17,870 nucleotides of DNA from Ignavibacterium sp. (GTDB lineage: Bacteria; Zixibacteria; MSB-5A5; GN15; PGXB01), in contig DYGG01000009.1 in assembly GCA_020724775.1 (NCBI GenBank), positions 1 to 17,870 of the forward strand. Direction: 5' to 3'. The translations under genes and the position numbers were made by a program. The notes under the pieces are model-generated. The model saw nothing but the letters and a program-made list of their open reading frames with translations, did not search any database and was not told where the DNA came from. Shown here piece by piece: positions 1-8,011 of the stretch; the first letter of the stretch is position 1, and every line of letters begins with the position of its first letter.

Positions 1-101
1 ATACCAAATTTACACAAAAGAATTTACACTACCAATCCGGGAAATATCGGTCAGTCAACTGTCACCACGGCGGCGCCGGTTAAGCGGCCATGCCGAAGGT
101 C

Positions 102-1028
102 TTAAAGCGCGTCATTCGCCTTTTCCAGCGGATATCGATGTACCTCCGTCCTGACCGGCACACGAGGCGCCAGCGCCAGAAACTCTTCACCGTCTCTCCG
201 GGTCAGATTCGCCACCGAGCGCAAGACCCTTTCGCCCCAGAGTAACTGGTATGGGAAAGAAGGGATATCGCTCATATGAATTCCGGCGCCGACCACTATC
301 CCACCCTTGGTGGCGGCGCGAAGCGCCTTTGGGACCAGTTCTCCCGCCGGCGCAAATATAATGGCGGCATCAAGTAAAGCCGGGGGAGCGCTCTCTGAAT
401 CCCCGGCCCAGACCGCCCCTAATGATACAGCAAATTTTTGCCCTTCAATATCCCCTTTCCTTGTAAAGGCATAGACTTCCCTCCCCTGAAACCGCGCCAC
501 TTGAATAATAATATGCGCCGCCGCCCCGAAACCATACAGCCCTAACCGATGCCCCTTTTCCGTCATTTTCAGCGACCGGTATCCAATCAGCCCGGCGCAG
601 AGAAGCGGCGCCGCCTGCAGGTCGGGATACCCGGGCGGAATAGTAAAACAGAAATGCTCATCGGCGACGGTGTATTCGGCAAATCCGCCGTCAATCTGAT
701 ATCCGGTATATCTGGCATTATCACAGAGATTCTCCCGTCCCGAAACGCAAAACCCGCAACTGCCGCCGAGCCAGGGAACGCCCACCTTATCCCCCTTTGT
801 GAACTTTCCCTTTCCCTTGGAATTATCAACGACTGTTCCGACTATCTGATGCCCCGGTATCAGAGGCAGTTTCGGCTCTTTCAGGTCGCCATCAACAACA
901 TGCAAGTCGGTTCGGCAGACCCCGCAGGCATGGACTCTAATAGGAAGATGCCCGTATGAGGGCTCGGGAGGGGGAATTTCCCGTAAACTCAGAGGCACCC
1001 CCTGCTTTTCCAATATCATCGCGCGCAT
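102..1028 (-). CDS. Zinc-dependent alcohol dehydrogenase (medium-chain dehydrogenase/reductase family)
   Basis: 308-aa ORF. Catalytic-Zn Cys/His pattern 'ACGVCRTDLH...GHQIVGTVV' and the structural-Zn Cys cluster 'GGSCGFCVSGRENLC' are present. A Rossmann-like 'LGLYGFGAAAH' follows. TGA stop at 102-104. Confidence 0.85.
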   Translation of the reverse strand: MRAMILEKQGVPLSLREIPPPEPSYGHLPIRVHACGVCRTDLHVVDGDLKEPKLPLIPGHQIVGTVVDNSKGKGKFTKGDKVGVPWLGGSCGFCVSGRENLCDNARYTGYQIDGGFAEYTVADEHFCFTIPPGYPDLQAAPLLCAGLIGYRSLKMTEKGHRLGLYGFGAAAHIIIQVARFQGREVYAFTRKGDIEGQKFAVSLGAVWAGDSESAPPALLDAAIIFAPAGELVPKALRAATKGGIVVGAGIHMSDIPSFPYQLLWGERVLRSVANLTRRDGEEFLALAPRVPVRTEVHRYPLEKANDAL

Positions 1029-1120
1029 AGAAGAGTTTCTCGATAATCTGTTTCTGCAAACCGAGAGAAATCTAAATCGCCCGCCGCTTTAAGGCAATCA
1101 CCAATTTGGAGATCTGAAAA

Positions 1121-1143
1121 GGCAGAAGCCGGCTGCTTTTGCC
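1121..1143 (-). terminator. Hairpin followed by a T-run on the minus strand, downstream of the CopD-like gene; candidate intrinsic terminator
   Basis: Minus strand reads GGCAAAAGC-AGCCGG-GCTTCTGCC with one A-C mismatch and a 9-bp stem, followed by TTTTCAG. It lies about 40 nt past the stop at 1180. Confidence 0.35.
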
Positions 1144-1179
1144 TCGGTCTGATAACGGCATTATTCGTATTCTGATTAA

Positions 1180-1653
1180 TTATCCGTGCAGCAGCGCCAC
1201 ACAGAAAAGGACGCCGAGTCCCAGCAGAGTATTCAGCGACGAGAAAATTTTTATTCCGTTCTGTGCTGCGATGAATTCCGGCGCGGGCCCGCTTCCCGGG
1301 GAAGGAATATAGCGGCGCAATTTTGGCGCAAAAACAAAGGTAATCATCAAGCCGAAAATTATCATCAGAATTATCATAACGTGCTTGACGGTGAGAATCA
1401 GGCCGTACGATGACATCGTGTCAAAAAGCATGCTTGAGGGAGTCTTTAGAATTCCCGTTACCAGAAGTATCAGTACTGAGAGCCAGGACATTATCGTAAA
1501 ACGTTTTGCCATTGCCCCCATCACCCGTCCCCGCTGGGGCGGTTCGACCGCTCCCAGCAGCCCCGGGAAAATGGCGGCGTTGTAGATCATCCCGCCTATC
1601 CATGCCACGGTCGCCAGGAGATGGAAAAAATCGATGAGAACTGATGATGACAT
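1180..1653 (-). CDS. CopD-family-like integral membrane protein (4 predicted TM helices)
   Basis: The ORF track gives 1180..1800, but the ATG at 1651-1653 is preceded by a strong Shine-Dalgarno (SD) GAAGGAGGAtaag, so I start it at 'MSSSVLIDFF'. The product is very hydrophobic. 'FHLLATVAWIGGMIY' matches the CopD-type H-x6-W-x-GG motif. Confidence 0.6.
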   Translation of the reverse strand: MSSSVLIDFFHLLATVAWIGGMIYNAAIFPGLLGAVEPPQRGRVMGAMAKRFTIMSWLSVLILLVTGILKTPSSMLFDTMSSYGLILTVKHVMIILMIIFGLMITFVFAPKLRRYIPSPGSGPAPEFIAAQNGIKIFSSLNTLLGLGVLFCVALLHG

Positions 1654-1789
1654 CTTATCCTCCTTCAAATGATTCAAGTTTAGGTTGCCGGTCCACCATA
1701 ATGGATTTATTAGACCAAATATGTCTTTATATCGAAAAGTCATTGCAGATGTTTCAATTTTTTTTGCAGTCAGGCGCGCATGATTTAAT

Positions 1790-1818
1790 TTGACGGCCAA
1801 TCAGATATCGGGTATAAT
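1790..1818 (+). promoter_or_regulatory. Near-consensus sigma70 promoter: TTGACG - 17 nt - TATAAT
   Basis: TTGACG at 1790-1795, a 17-nt spacer, TATAAT at 1813-1818. The predicted start site near 1825 gives about a 20-nt leader to the ATG at 1846. This is a divergent region shared with the CopD-like gene. Confidence 0.55.
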
Positions 1819-1845
1819 GCGCAGAGATACCTTGCAAGGCTTGAT

Positions 1846-2844
1846 ATGAATGATATCATCCAGAGACTGCGCGAGTCTCCTGACCCATCGATTAAGTACA
1901 AGACTTTCAAATATTTATTGGGCGAGAATCCCGCTTCTGATTTTTCCGGAGAGTTGCAGGATGCAATCGCTCGTTCGCCCCGGGTGAAGGGGCTACTTTC
2001 AATCCGAAACAGGAAGGGGGAAATTCCGGTGCATCCGTACTCCAAGTGGTACGGCGCGCATTGGGTCCTGGTGGCGCTGGCTGACCTGGAATATCCCCCC
2101 GGCGACAATTCCCTGCTGCCTTTGCGAAACCAGGTCTATGATTGGCTTTTTTCCGAACAGCATGCCAGGAACATTCGGAATATTAAAGGACTTACCCGGA
2201 GATGCGCCTCGCAGGAAGGGAACGCCGTTTTTTCCACGCTTCGCCTGGGCATTGCCGATAACCGCACGGAGGAACTGGCGGCGCGATTGATACGCTGGCA
2301 ATGGCCTGATGGCGGCTGGAACTGTGACAAGAAACCGAAGACGAAAATATCTTCATATAGAGAGACCGTCGTGCCGCTGCGGGCCCTCGCGCTCCATGCC
2401 AGATTGACCGGCAACAAAGATTCTCGAAAAGCGGCCGACCGGGCGGCGCAACTCCTGTTGAAACGAAGGCTTTTCAAACGGCTTCGTGACGGAAAAGTAA
2501 TGGCGGAGTCTTTTATGCGACTGCATTATCCGCGATATTATGAGTATGATTTTCTTCACGCACTGGTCGCCCTGTGTGAAGCGGGGATTACATCCGACTC
2601 CAGATGCCACGATGCCCTGGAACTTCTGGAATCGCGTCGTCTGCCTGACGGTGGCTTTCCCTGCGACCAGAAATTGTACCGTGCGGCAAAAAAGCCGCAA
2701 GGGAATAGGACGTCACTTATCGATTGGGGACCGGCCGGAAAAACCAGAACCAATGAATTCGTTACGGTTGATGCCCTCTATGTCTTGAAATCATTCGGGC
2801 GCCTCAATGATACCTCTGTACGAAAAACCGGCTTTCGCCTATGA
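1846..2844 (+). CDS. Hypothetical protein with squalene-cyclase/prenyltransferase-type QW repeats (alpha/alpha-toroid-like)
   Basis: 332-aa ORF. 'LIRWQWPDGGWN' and 'RRLPDGGFPCD' resemble QW / prenyltransferase beta-subunit repeats. There is no signal peptide. A consensus promoter lies just upstream. Confidence 0.7.
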   Translation: MNDIIQRLRESPDPSIKYKTFKYLLGENPASDFSGELQDAIARSPRVKGLLSIRNRKGEIPVHPYSKWYGAHWVLVALADLEYPPGDNSLLPLRNQVYDWLFSEQHARNIRNIKGLTRRCASQEGNAVFSTLRLGIADNRTEELAARLIRWQWPDGGWNCDKKPKTKISSYRETVVPLRALALHARLTGNKDSRKAADRAAQLLLKRRLFKRLRDGKVMAESFMRLHYPRYYEYDFLHALVALCEAGITSDSRCHDALELLESRRLPDGGFPCDQKLYRAAKKPQGNRTSLIDWGPAGKTRTNEFVTVDALYVLKSFGRLNDTSVRKTGFRL

Positions 2845-2845
2845 T

Positions 2846-2879
2846 GGCACTTGCATCGGTCAATCCGATGCAGAATGCC
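2846..2879. other. Imperfect palindromic hairpin immediately after the stop of the 1846..2844 gene (convergent gene junction)
   Basis: GGCAcTTGCATCGG-tcaat-CCGATGCAgaaTGCC. There is no U-tract on either strand, so at best this is a weak or bidirectional terminator. Confidence 0.3.
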
Positions 2880-2988
2880 AAACTGACCTAGCCATAGAAA
2901 ACTATATGACGAATTAGTGGATGGCAATAACCGCCGCCATCGGCTCGAGTACGCCCTCTGCTCGCTTTACTCCTATTGACATTGCACG

Positions 2989-3339
2989 CTATTGTCGCAG
3001 AATCTTCTCCATCGCCTTTCCTTTTGCGAGTTCATCAATTAGTTTGTCCAGATAACGAATTTTCTGCATCAGCGGGTCTTGGATTTCTTCTACGCGCACA
3101 CCGCACACGCCCCCCTTAATGAGCGAAATATTCGGATGAATGGCAGGGGCTTGAGCAAAGAAGGTCGCAAAATCATTTCCCTGGTCGATTTGCTTCTGTA
3201 ATCCCGCCTTGTCATATCCGGTAAGCCAGCAAATTATCCGGTCAACTTCCTCTTTAGTGCGATTTTTCCGTTCCGCTTTTTGAACATACATCGGATAGAC
3301 TTTTGCGAATGCCATCGCGAAAATCTTATGGTCAGCCAT
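2989..3339 (-). CDS. DUF2200 family protein
   Basis: The ORF track gives 2989..3375. I start at the ATG at 3337-3339 ([23 protein letters not shown]...) because it is preceded by SD GAGAGGAGGtataac. The N-terminal pattern is typical of DUF2200. Confidence 0.7.
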   Translation of the reverse strand: MADHKIFAMAFAKVYPMYVQKAERKNRTKEEVDRIICWLTGYDKAGLQKQIDQGNDFATFFAQAPAIHPNISLIKGGVCGVRVEEIQDPLMQKIRYLDKLIDELAKGKAMEKILRQ

Positions 3340-3475
3340 CGTTATACCTCCTCTCTGTCGGGTTTCGAAACACACGCTGTTGTCAGGACGGGCGCGCCGC
3401 CCAATGCGTCGGTTTCCTCTACCAAATGATTTGCTACTGCACTGGTTAAAAGGTCACTCTTTCCCATAACAAAAT

Positions 3476-3497
3476 GACCCCGCCACCGGGCGGGGTC
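3476..3497 (-). terminator. GC-rich hairpin (9-bp stem GACCCCGCC/GGCGGGGTC, 4-nt loop) followed on the minus strand by ATTTTGTTAT; candidate terminator of msrBA
   Basis: Perfect inverted repeat at 3476-3484 and 3489-3497. The minus-strand transcript continues ...GGGGUC AUUUUGUUAU. It sits 130 nt downstream of the msrBA stop. Confidence 0.5.
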
Positions 3498-3627
3498 AAT
3501 CACTTCAATACGCCCTCGACCAACCTCGAACTCGCGCTATCTCTGCCATTCGGCCCGTCGCTTTACTGGACTTCCACAAAATAAAGGGCGGGACTGCTCG
3601 TCTGTCTTCAGTTTAAGTCTCAAGAAA

Positions 3628-4578
3628 TCAAAACCGCTTCTGATAAAAGTGGCAGTACGGCTCCTTGCCGGTGTAATTGTAGTAATCCTGATGATATCTT
3701 TCCGCCTCGTAAAACTCCCCGGCTCTGGTCACCTCGGTGACCACTTTGTACCCTTTATCTTTCAGAATCTTTACTAATTTCTCGGCAATCTGTTTTTGAT
3801 TGTCATCAAGATAAAAAATCGCCGAGCGGTACTGGTCGCCGACATCAGGTCCCTGACGATTCAATTGGGTCGGGTCATGAATCTCAAAAAAATACCGCGC
3901 CAGTTTCTCATAATCGGTCTTGCCTGGGTCAAAAACGACTTCAACCGCCTCGGCATGCCCGGTATTTTCATAACAGACCTCTTTATAAGTTGGATTCCTG
4001 GTCTTCCCCCCCATATATCCGACCCGGGTCGATATTACCCCCTCAACATTCTGCAGCAGATACTCTGTCCCCCAGAAACAACCTCCGGCGAAGTATGCTT
4101 TCTGGGTCTTGGCCCCCTGTGATGCCGGGACGAAATCGAGCGATATCGAATTGACACAGTGACGAATATTTTTCTCGGTGAACCTTTCCCCTTCAAAAAC
4201 ATGCCCCAGATGTCCCCCGCATTTGGCGCAGGTGATTTCTGTCCGCATTCCATCCGGGTCGGGTGTCCGCTTAACCGCCCCGGGGATTTCATCATCGAAA
4301 CTGGGCCAGCCGCAACCGGAATCGAATTTGTCGCTGCTGCGGTATAACGGCGCTCCGCACTGCTTGCAGAGATATGTCCCGGCTTCTTTATGCTGATAAT
4401 ACTTGCCGGTGAACGGCATCTCGGTCCCTTTGTGAATTATCACCCGCTCTTCGTCGGGAGTAAGTTTATTCAATGTCATCTTTTTTTCCTCCGATGTTCC
4501 TTCTGACCTCAATATAAATACGATGCTGGCTATCGCCATCACTCCCAGAATCATCTGAAGTATTTTGCCGGTTTTCAT
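3628..4578 (-). CDS. msrAB: Bifunctional peptide-methionine sulfoxide reductase, MsrB domain then MsrA domain, with an N-terminal membrane anchor
   Basis: N-terminal hydrophobic segment 'ILQMILGVMAIASIVFIL'. MsrB part: CKQCGAPL ... CGWPSF ... CAKCGGHLGHVF ... RHCVNS. MsrA part: 'GGCFWG' active site. SD GAGGTG lies upstream of the ATG. Confidence 0.9.
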   Translation of the reverse strand: MKTGKILQMILGVMAIASIVFILRSEGTSEEKKMTLNKLTPDEERVIIHKGTEMPFTGKYYQHKEAGTYLCKQCGAPLYRSSDKFDSGCGWPSFDDEIPGAVKRTPDPDGMRTEITCAKCGGHLGHVFEGERFTEKNIRHCVNSISLDFVPASQGAKTQKAYFAGGCFWGTEYLLQNVEGVISTRVGYMGGKTRNPTYKEVCYENTGHAEAVEVVFDPGKTDYEKLARYFFEIHDPTQLNRQGPDVGDQYRSAIFYLDDNQKQIAEKLVKILKDKGYKVVTEVTRAGEFYEAERYHQDYYNYTGKEPYCHFYQKRF

Positions 4579-4703
4579 TGCTGGACACCTCTGTTTCTCT
4601 ACAGGTGTAGATACCAGGATTAGTAGTTGCTCGTCCCTCTAAAAGATGAAGACAAATTTGAGCCCCGATTTGTTCCGAAAATATGATGCGCCTTGTTTGA
4701 CGG

Positions 4704-4738
4704 ACGCTCGCAATTCCCCCTAAAGGCAACGCTCGCAA
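4704..4738. repeat. 10-bp direct repeat ACGCTCGCAA x2 (25-bp periodicity) in the msrBA upstream region
   Basis: Exact copies at 4704-4713 and 4729-4738, between the cupin stop and the msrBA start. Confidence 0.5.
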
Positions 4739-4766
4739 ATAACAGTGTCGTTATGATGACGAAATA

Positions 4767-5114
4767 TTAATACTCTCCGCGGTTAGGAACGATGCAGATA
4801 AACTCCAAGTCCTTTTCGTACGGATTCTGGAACTGATGAATCTTATTAGGCGGCACCAGAGCAAAATCTTTCTCAGCGATTTCATGCTCAACGCCGTCTA
4901 TCATCAGTCGCCCCTTGCCCGAAATGATATAGTTGACATGCTCCCAGTCGTGCTGATGTTTCGGGGTATGTCCCCCCGGTGCAATCGTGAACACTCTCAG
5001 GGTGTATCCTTCCCATCCCTCCTTAATTCCTATCGGGATTTTCTTGGTGACCCCCAGCACGTCCCCCGAACTAACTTTAATCTCTTCTATCTCATTGAAC
5101 TTGCGAACCGGCAT
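4767..5114 (-). CDS. Cupin-domain protein
   Basis: The two cupin motifs 'PGGHTPKHQHDWEHVNYIISG' and 'VPPNKIHQFQN' are present. A strong SD AAAGGAG sits 7 nt before the ATG. Confidence 0.8.
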   Translation of the reverse strand: MPVRKFNEIEEIKVSSGDVLGVTKKIPIGIKEGWEGYTLRVFTIAPGGHTPKHQHDWEHVNYIISGKGRLMIDGVEHEIAEKDFALVPPNKIHQFQNPYEKDLEFICIVPNRGEY

Positions 5115-5224
5115 TTCCGTTCTCCTTTTTGATAAATTTACGAATCAGCAGGCATATTCGCAAGCGGCGCGGCAAGATTTGCTCGAAATTTCAGTCTCTT
5201 TCAGATATCTTTAGGCGAAGTTTG

Positions 5225-7084
5225 TCAGAGAAGATTCTCCAGTTTCAATTTCAGTTTTAGTTCCCGCCCGGCGCGCTCGACAACAAAACTGTATTCTATC
5301 CCGGCTTTTTCAGAGAGCATCAGCCTTATCTGTCGTAATTCTCCCAGATGTTCCATCCTGATGCCGTTTATAGATTTTATGATATCGGCGGTCTGGAATC
5401 CGGCTTTTTCTGCGGGCGTCCCGCCGGCGACAAAGAGGACCTCGATACTTTTCCCTGACCCGCGTTTCAATTGAAGCCCCGAGCGGTCGAACGGATATTC
5501 TTTATTGAAATTTGCCCCTTCTTCCAGTATCACCTTCTCCCGGTGGTAGTCGCAATAGACCACAAAATGCCGGAAGGTGGAATTTCCCAAAGTCCCGACC
5601 TCATCGGAGACATGGGCGGTATCGACTTTGGTAATTTCGAACCCGATTATCGGATTATCGATGGTAAATCCGGCCAGTTCCAGACTCTTGGATCTGACCC
5701 CTTTGGATAAAAATTCCTGCCCGGCGCCTCGGCCCAGTCGCTCCACTCCTTTGCGGTTCGTGAACCCTTTTCTTAATGCGTAGCCACCGTCAAGCGAAGT
5801 ATTTGACGCCCCCAAATCAAAAAGCCAGGAGCCGGAATGTTCATTGTCAAGAGTCGCCGGCACCATAAAGACGCTGTTTTTGAAGTAGAGAGGGAGTTCT
5901 ACGCCCGGTCCCTCGTAATTGAACGTTTCCGGGTCATAGAAAGAGACCAACTCTGCGGCGTAGTCAACTTTGGTTACAAACCGCGATAGAAAATCAAATC
6001 CGAGAATTCCGGCGCTTTCGATGTCGATAAGGCGGTTTAGTTCTGTCATATCGATTACGGCGACTGTCTGCTGGTCGAATTCAATCCCCTGCAGACTCAG
6101 AGACGGAAGCGTGGCGAAAGAGATATCAACTGACCCGCCGGCACCTTTCCCTTTCATATCTCCTTTGAGTTCCAATCCGAGTTCTTCCGCGAACTCTTTG
6201 CTGATAACCGACATCCCTGCCCCAGTGTCCAATATCCAGTACCGCTCCTTGCAGTTGACCGTAACCGGGACATAGAGATGGTTCCCGGACAGACGGAAGG
6301 GAATATTTTCTGCGTTGACGCCATGGGTAAATCTGTAGTCTTTGCGCGACTCTCCGGGAGGATAAAATTGGGTCGGCTCTATCTCCGGATTGGAGCGGTA
6401 CTCACTGATTGTTATCTCCTGGGTCTGACCGGTCAGATGCTGGCTTTCCCTTATTTTGAATGCAACCTTCAAGCCCTCAACTTCCCGATAATCGCTGTAG
6501 TAAGTGTCGGTCCCGTCCTCCCCTTCTTTGGCGCTGGTCTTTTCCAGCATAAAATTATCCGCATTTATGAAACTGGTGTAGATATCGCTGTTAATATTAT
6601 TGGTAATCTTGATGACATAACATTTTTTTTCATCGACATCGGCCATGCCATCAAAAGAAACCTTAAAGACTTTCGATTGCGGGTCAAGATACTCCCACTC
6701 CGCCATCCGTTTCTTGAGCTCTTTTCGCTTCAGTGTCGGCTCATCAAAAGTAGTTATCTTCTGAAGTTTCCCGTTGGAGTCAAGCACCCAGTCGAATTCA
6801 CGATTGCTTCCCTGAAACTGTTTTAATATCCCGAGGTCAACATCGGCGCGGGAGAGGTCCGGTTTTTGCGTCCAGACTTTTACTGACCCGGTCAAGCCGG
6901 CGACCGCAAGTGTTCCTTCCATGTACTGCGAACGTTCAGCTTTAATACGCTCCAGCCCGCCGTTCATTTCGATATGTTTGTTCAGAATCTCATACGGGTC
7001 GGTCAGCCCTGTCTGCGAGTAAGCAGAAACGGCAACAATCAGACATAGTCCAGCCCAACGGGAAAACTTCGCGATACAGTTCAT
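5225..7084 (-). CDS. Secreted protein with two retropepsin-like aspartic peptidase domains and a C-terminal PDZ domain
   Basis: Signal peptide 'MNCIAKFSRWAGLCLIVAVSAYSQ'. Aspartyl-protease motifs 'WILDTGAGMSVIS' and 'LFDLGASNTSL'. C-terminal PDZ-like 'GGTPAEKAGFQTADIIKSINGI'. I chose the ATG at 7084 (SD AAAGGAG 7 nt upstream) over the GTG at 7087. Confidence 0.8.
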   Translation of the reverse strand: MNCIAKFSRWAGLCLIVAVSAYSQTGLTDPYEILNKHIEMNGGLERIKAERSQYMEGTLAVAGLTGSVKVWTQKPDLSRADVDLGILKQFQGSNREFDWVLDSNGKLQKITTFDEPTLKRKELKKRMAEWEYLDPQSKVFKVSFDGMADVDEKKCYVIKITNNINSDIYTSFINADNFMLEKTSAKEGEDGTDTYYSDYREVEGLKVAFKIRESQHLTGQTQEITISEYRSNPEIEPTQFYPPGESRKDYRFTHGVNAENIPFRLSGNHLYVPVTVNCKERYWILDTGAGMSVISKEFAEELGLELKGDMKGKGAGGSVDISFATLPSLSLQGIEFDQQTVAVIDMTELNRLIDIESAGILGFDFLSRFVTKVDYAAELVSFYDPETFNYEGPGVELPLYFKNSVFMVPATLDNEHSGSWLFDLGASNTSLDGGYALRKGFTNRKGVERLGRGAGQEFLSKGVRSKSLELAGFTIDNPIIGFEITKVDTAHVSDEVGTLGNSTFRHFVVYCDYHREKVILEEGANFNKEYPFDRSGLQLKRGSGKSIEVLFVAGGTPAEKAGFQTADIIKSINGIRMEHLGELRQIRLMLSEKAGIEYSFVVERAGRELKLKLKLENLL

Positions 7085-7192
7085 CACCTTGCTCCTTTCG
7101 ATTGTATCAAAAATAAACGTGGAGTCGGCGATTATGTTTCAGCGCTGAATGTATTGACATCAAACCGAAAAAAGCCGGTCAATGTCGGATAC

Positions 7193-7837
7193 TCACTTTT
7201 TGAGCAGTTTGAAGGCGTGCGTCCAATGATTGTTCTTGAATCCATAGACAATCCAGAGCATCGCAAATGTTTCCAGCCAGAACGATTCCGCGATACCTCC
7301 GATATCTACACAGGAATTCCAACCCCATTTTTGCGCTAATTCGGCGACCCACTTCTTAGCGGCGTCATCATCGCCGGCGATAAAGAGGTCCGGACGCCCT
7401 TCCTCCAGATGAGCATTTATCATCGTCAAGGCATTTACCGTATTAAACGCCTTAACCAGTTTTGCTTCCGGAATAAACCTCTGTATCTGCTCACCCAGCG
7501 AGTTCCTCTGCTCCGCCGCAAATCTGGGCGGCACCCCTTTCGAAAAATCAAGCGGATTGGTGGCGTCAATAACTATCTTTCCCCTGAATTTTTCTTTCCC
7601 GGCAATTTCAATTGCCTCCTTTGTATTCACTCCATGGGTGGCAAGAACCAGCGCCTCTCCAAATGACGCCGCATCGGCAAAAGAACCGATTGACACTTTA
7701 GGCGAATTGAGTTCCTTGAGCCACTTTTCCAGTTTGGAAAGATCCCGCGTTCCAACCTTGACATCGTAGCCCAGACCGGCGAACCCTCCCGCCAGCGACT
7801 GTCCCACGATTCCTGAGCCCAAAATTCCGACTTTCAT
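7193..7837 (-). CDS. NAD(P)-binding oxidoreductase of the NADPH-dependent F420 reductase / pyrroline-5-carboxylate-reductase-like family
   Basis: N-terminal Rossmann 'KVGILGSGIVGQSLA'. Length and layout fit F420-dependent NADP oxidoreductase-like proteins. SD GAAAGGAA precedes the ATG. Confidence 0.75.
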   Translation of the reverse strand: MKVGILGSGIVGQSLAGGFAGLGYDVKVGTRDLSKLEKWLKELNSPKVSIGSFADAASFGEALVLATHGVNTKEAIEIAGKEKFRGKIVIDATNPLDFSKGVPPRFAAEQRNSLGEQIQRFIPEAKLVKAFNTVNALTMINAHLEEGRPDLFIAGDDDAAKKWVAELAQKWGWNSCVDIGGIAESFWLETFAMLWIVYGFKNNHWTHAFKLLKK

Positions 7838-7947
7838 ATTCTTTCCTTTCTTTTTAACTCAGCAGAATGAATAACCATATCCGGAGAATTAATTCCTTAA
7901 CAATCTATACTCCACTAATGTTCGGATTTTCGCGCAAGCACAACCGC

Positions 7948-7975
7948 TTGACTTGTAAGGAAATAATGTTATAAT
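7948..7975 (+). promoter_or_regulatory. Near-consensus sigma70 promoter TTGACT - 16 nt - TATAAT upstream of the cysteine-desulfurase-like gene
   Basis: TTGACT at 7948-7953 and TATAAT at 7970-7975, in a divergent intergenic region. Confidence 0.55.
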
Positions 7976-8011
7976 TACGAAAATTATGACCGCCAGCATG
8001 AGACTATCTTA

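Noticed and set aside
549-959. 136-aa plus-strand ORF inside the alcohol dehydrogenase gene
   Set aside because: It is entirely antisense to a well-supported CDS. It has low-complexity, Arg/Pro-rich composition typical of antisense frames, and no SD.
2965-2990. Plus-strand TTGACA hexamer upstream of the DUF2200 3' end
   Set aside because: No acceptable -10 hexamer at 16-18 nt spacing, and it would fire antisense into a minus-strand gene. Probably chance.
3473-3589. 38-aa plus-strand ORF (MTPPPGGVNH...) in the msrBA/DUF2200 spacer
   Set aside because: It is translated from the GC hairpin itself and has no SD. It is more likely part of a structured non-coding region.
6278-6826. 182-aa plus-strand ORF antisense to the protease gene
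   Set aside because: It has no recognisable motifs and no ribosome-binding site, and it is embedded in a strongly supported gene on the other strand.
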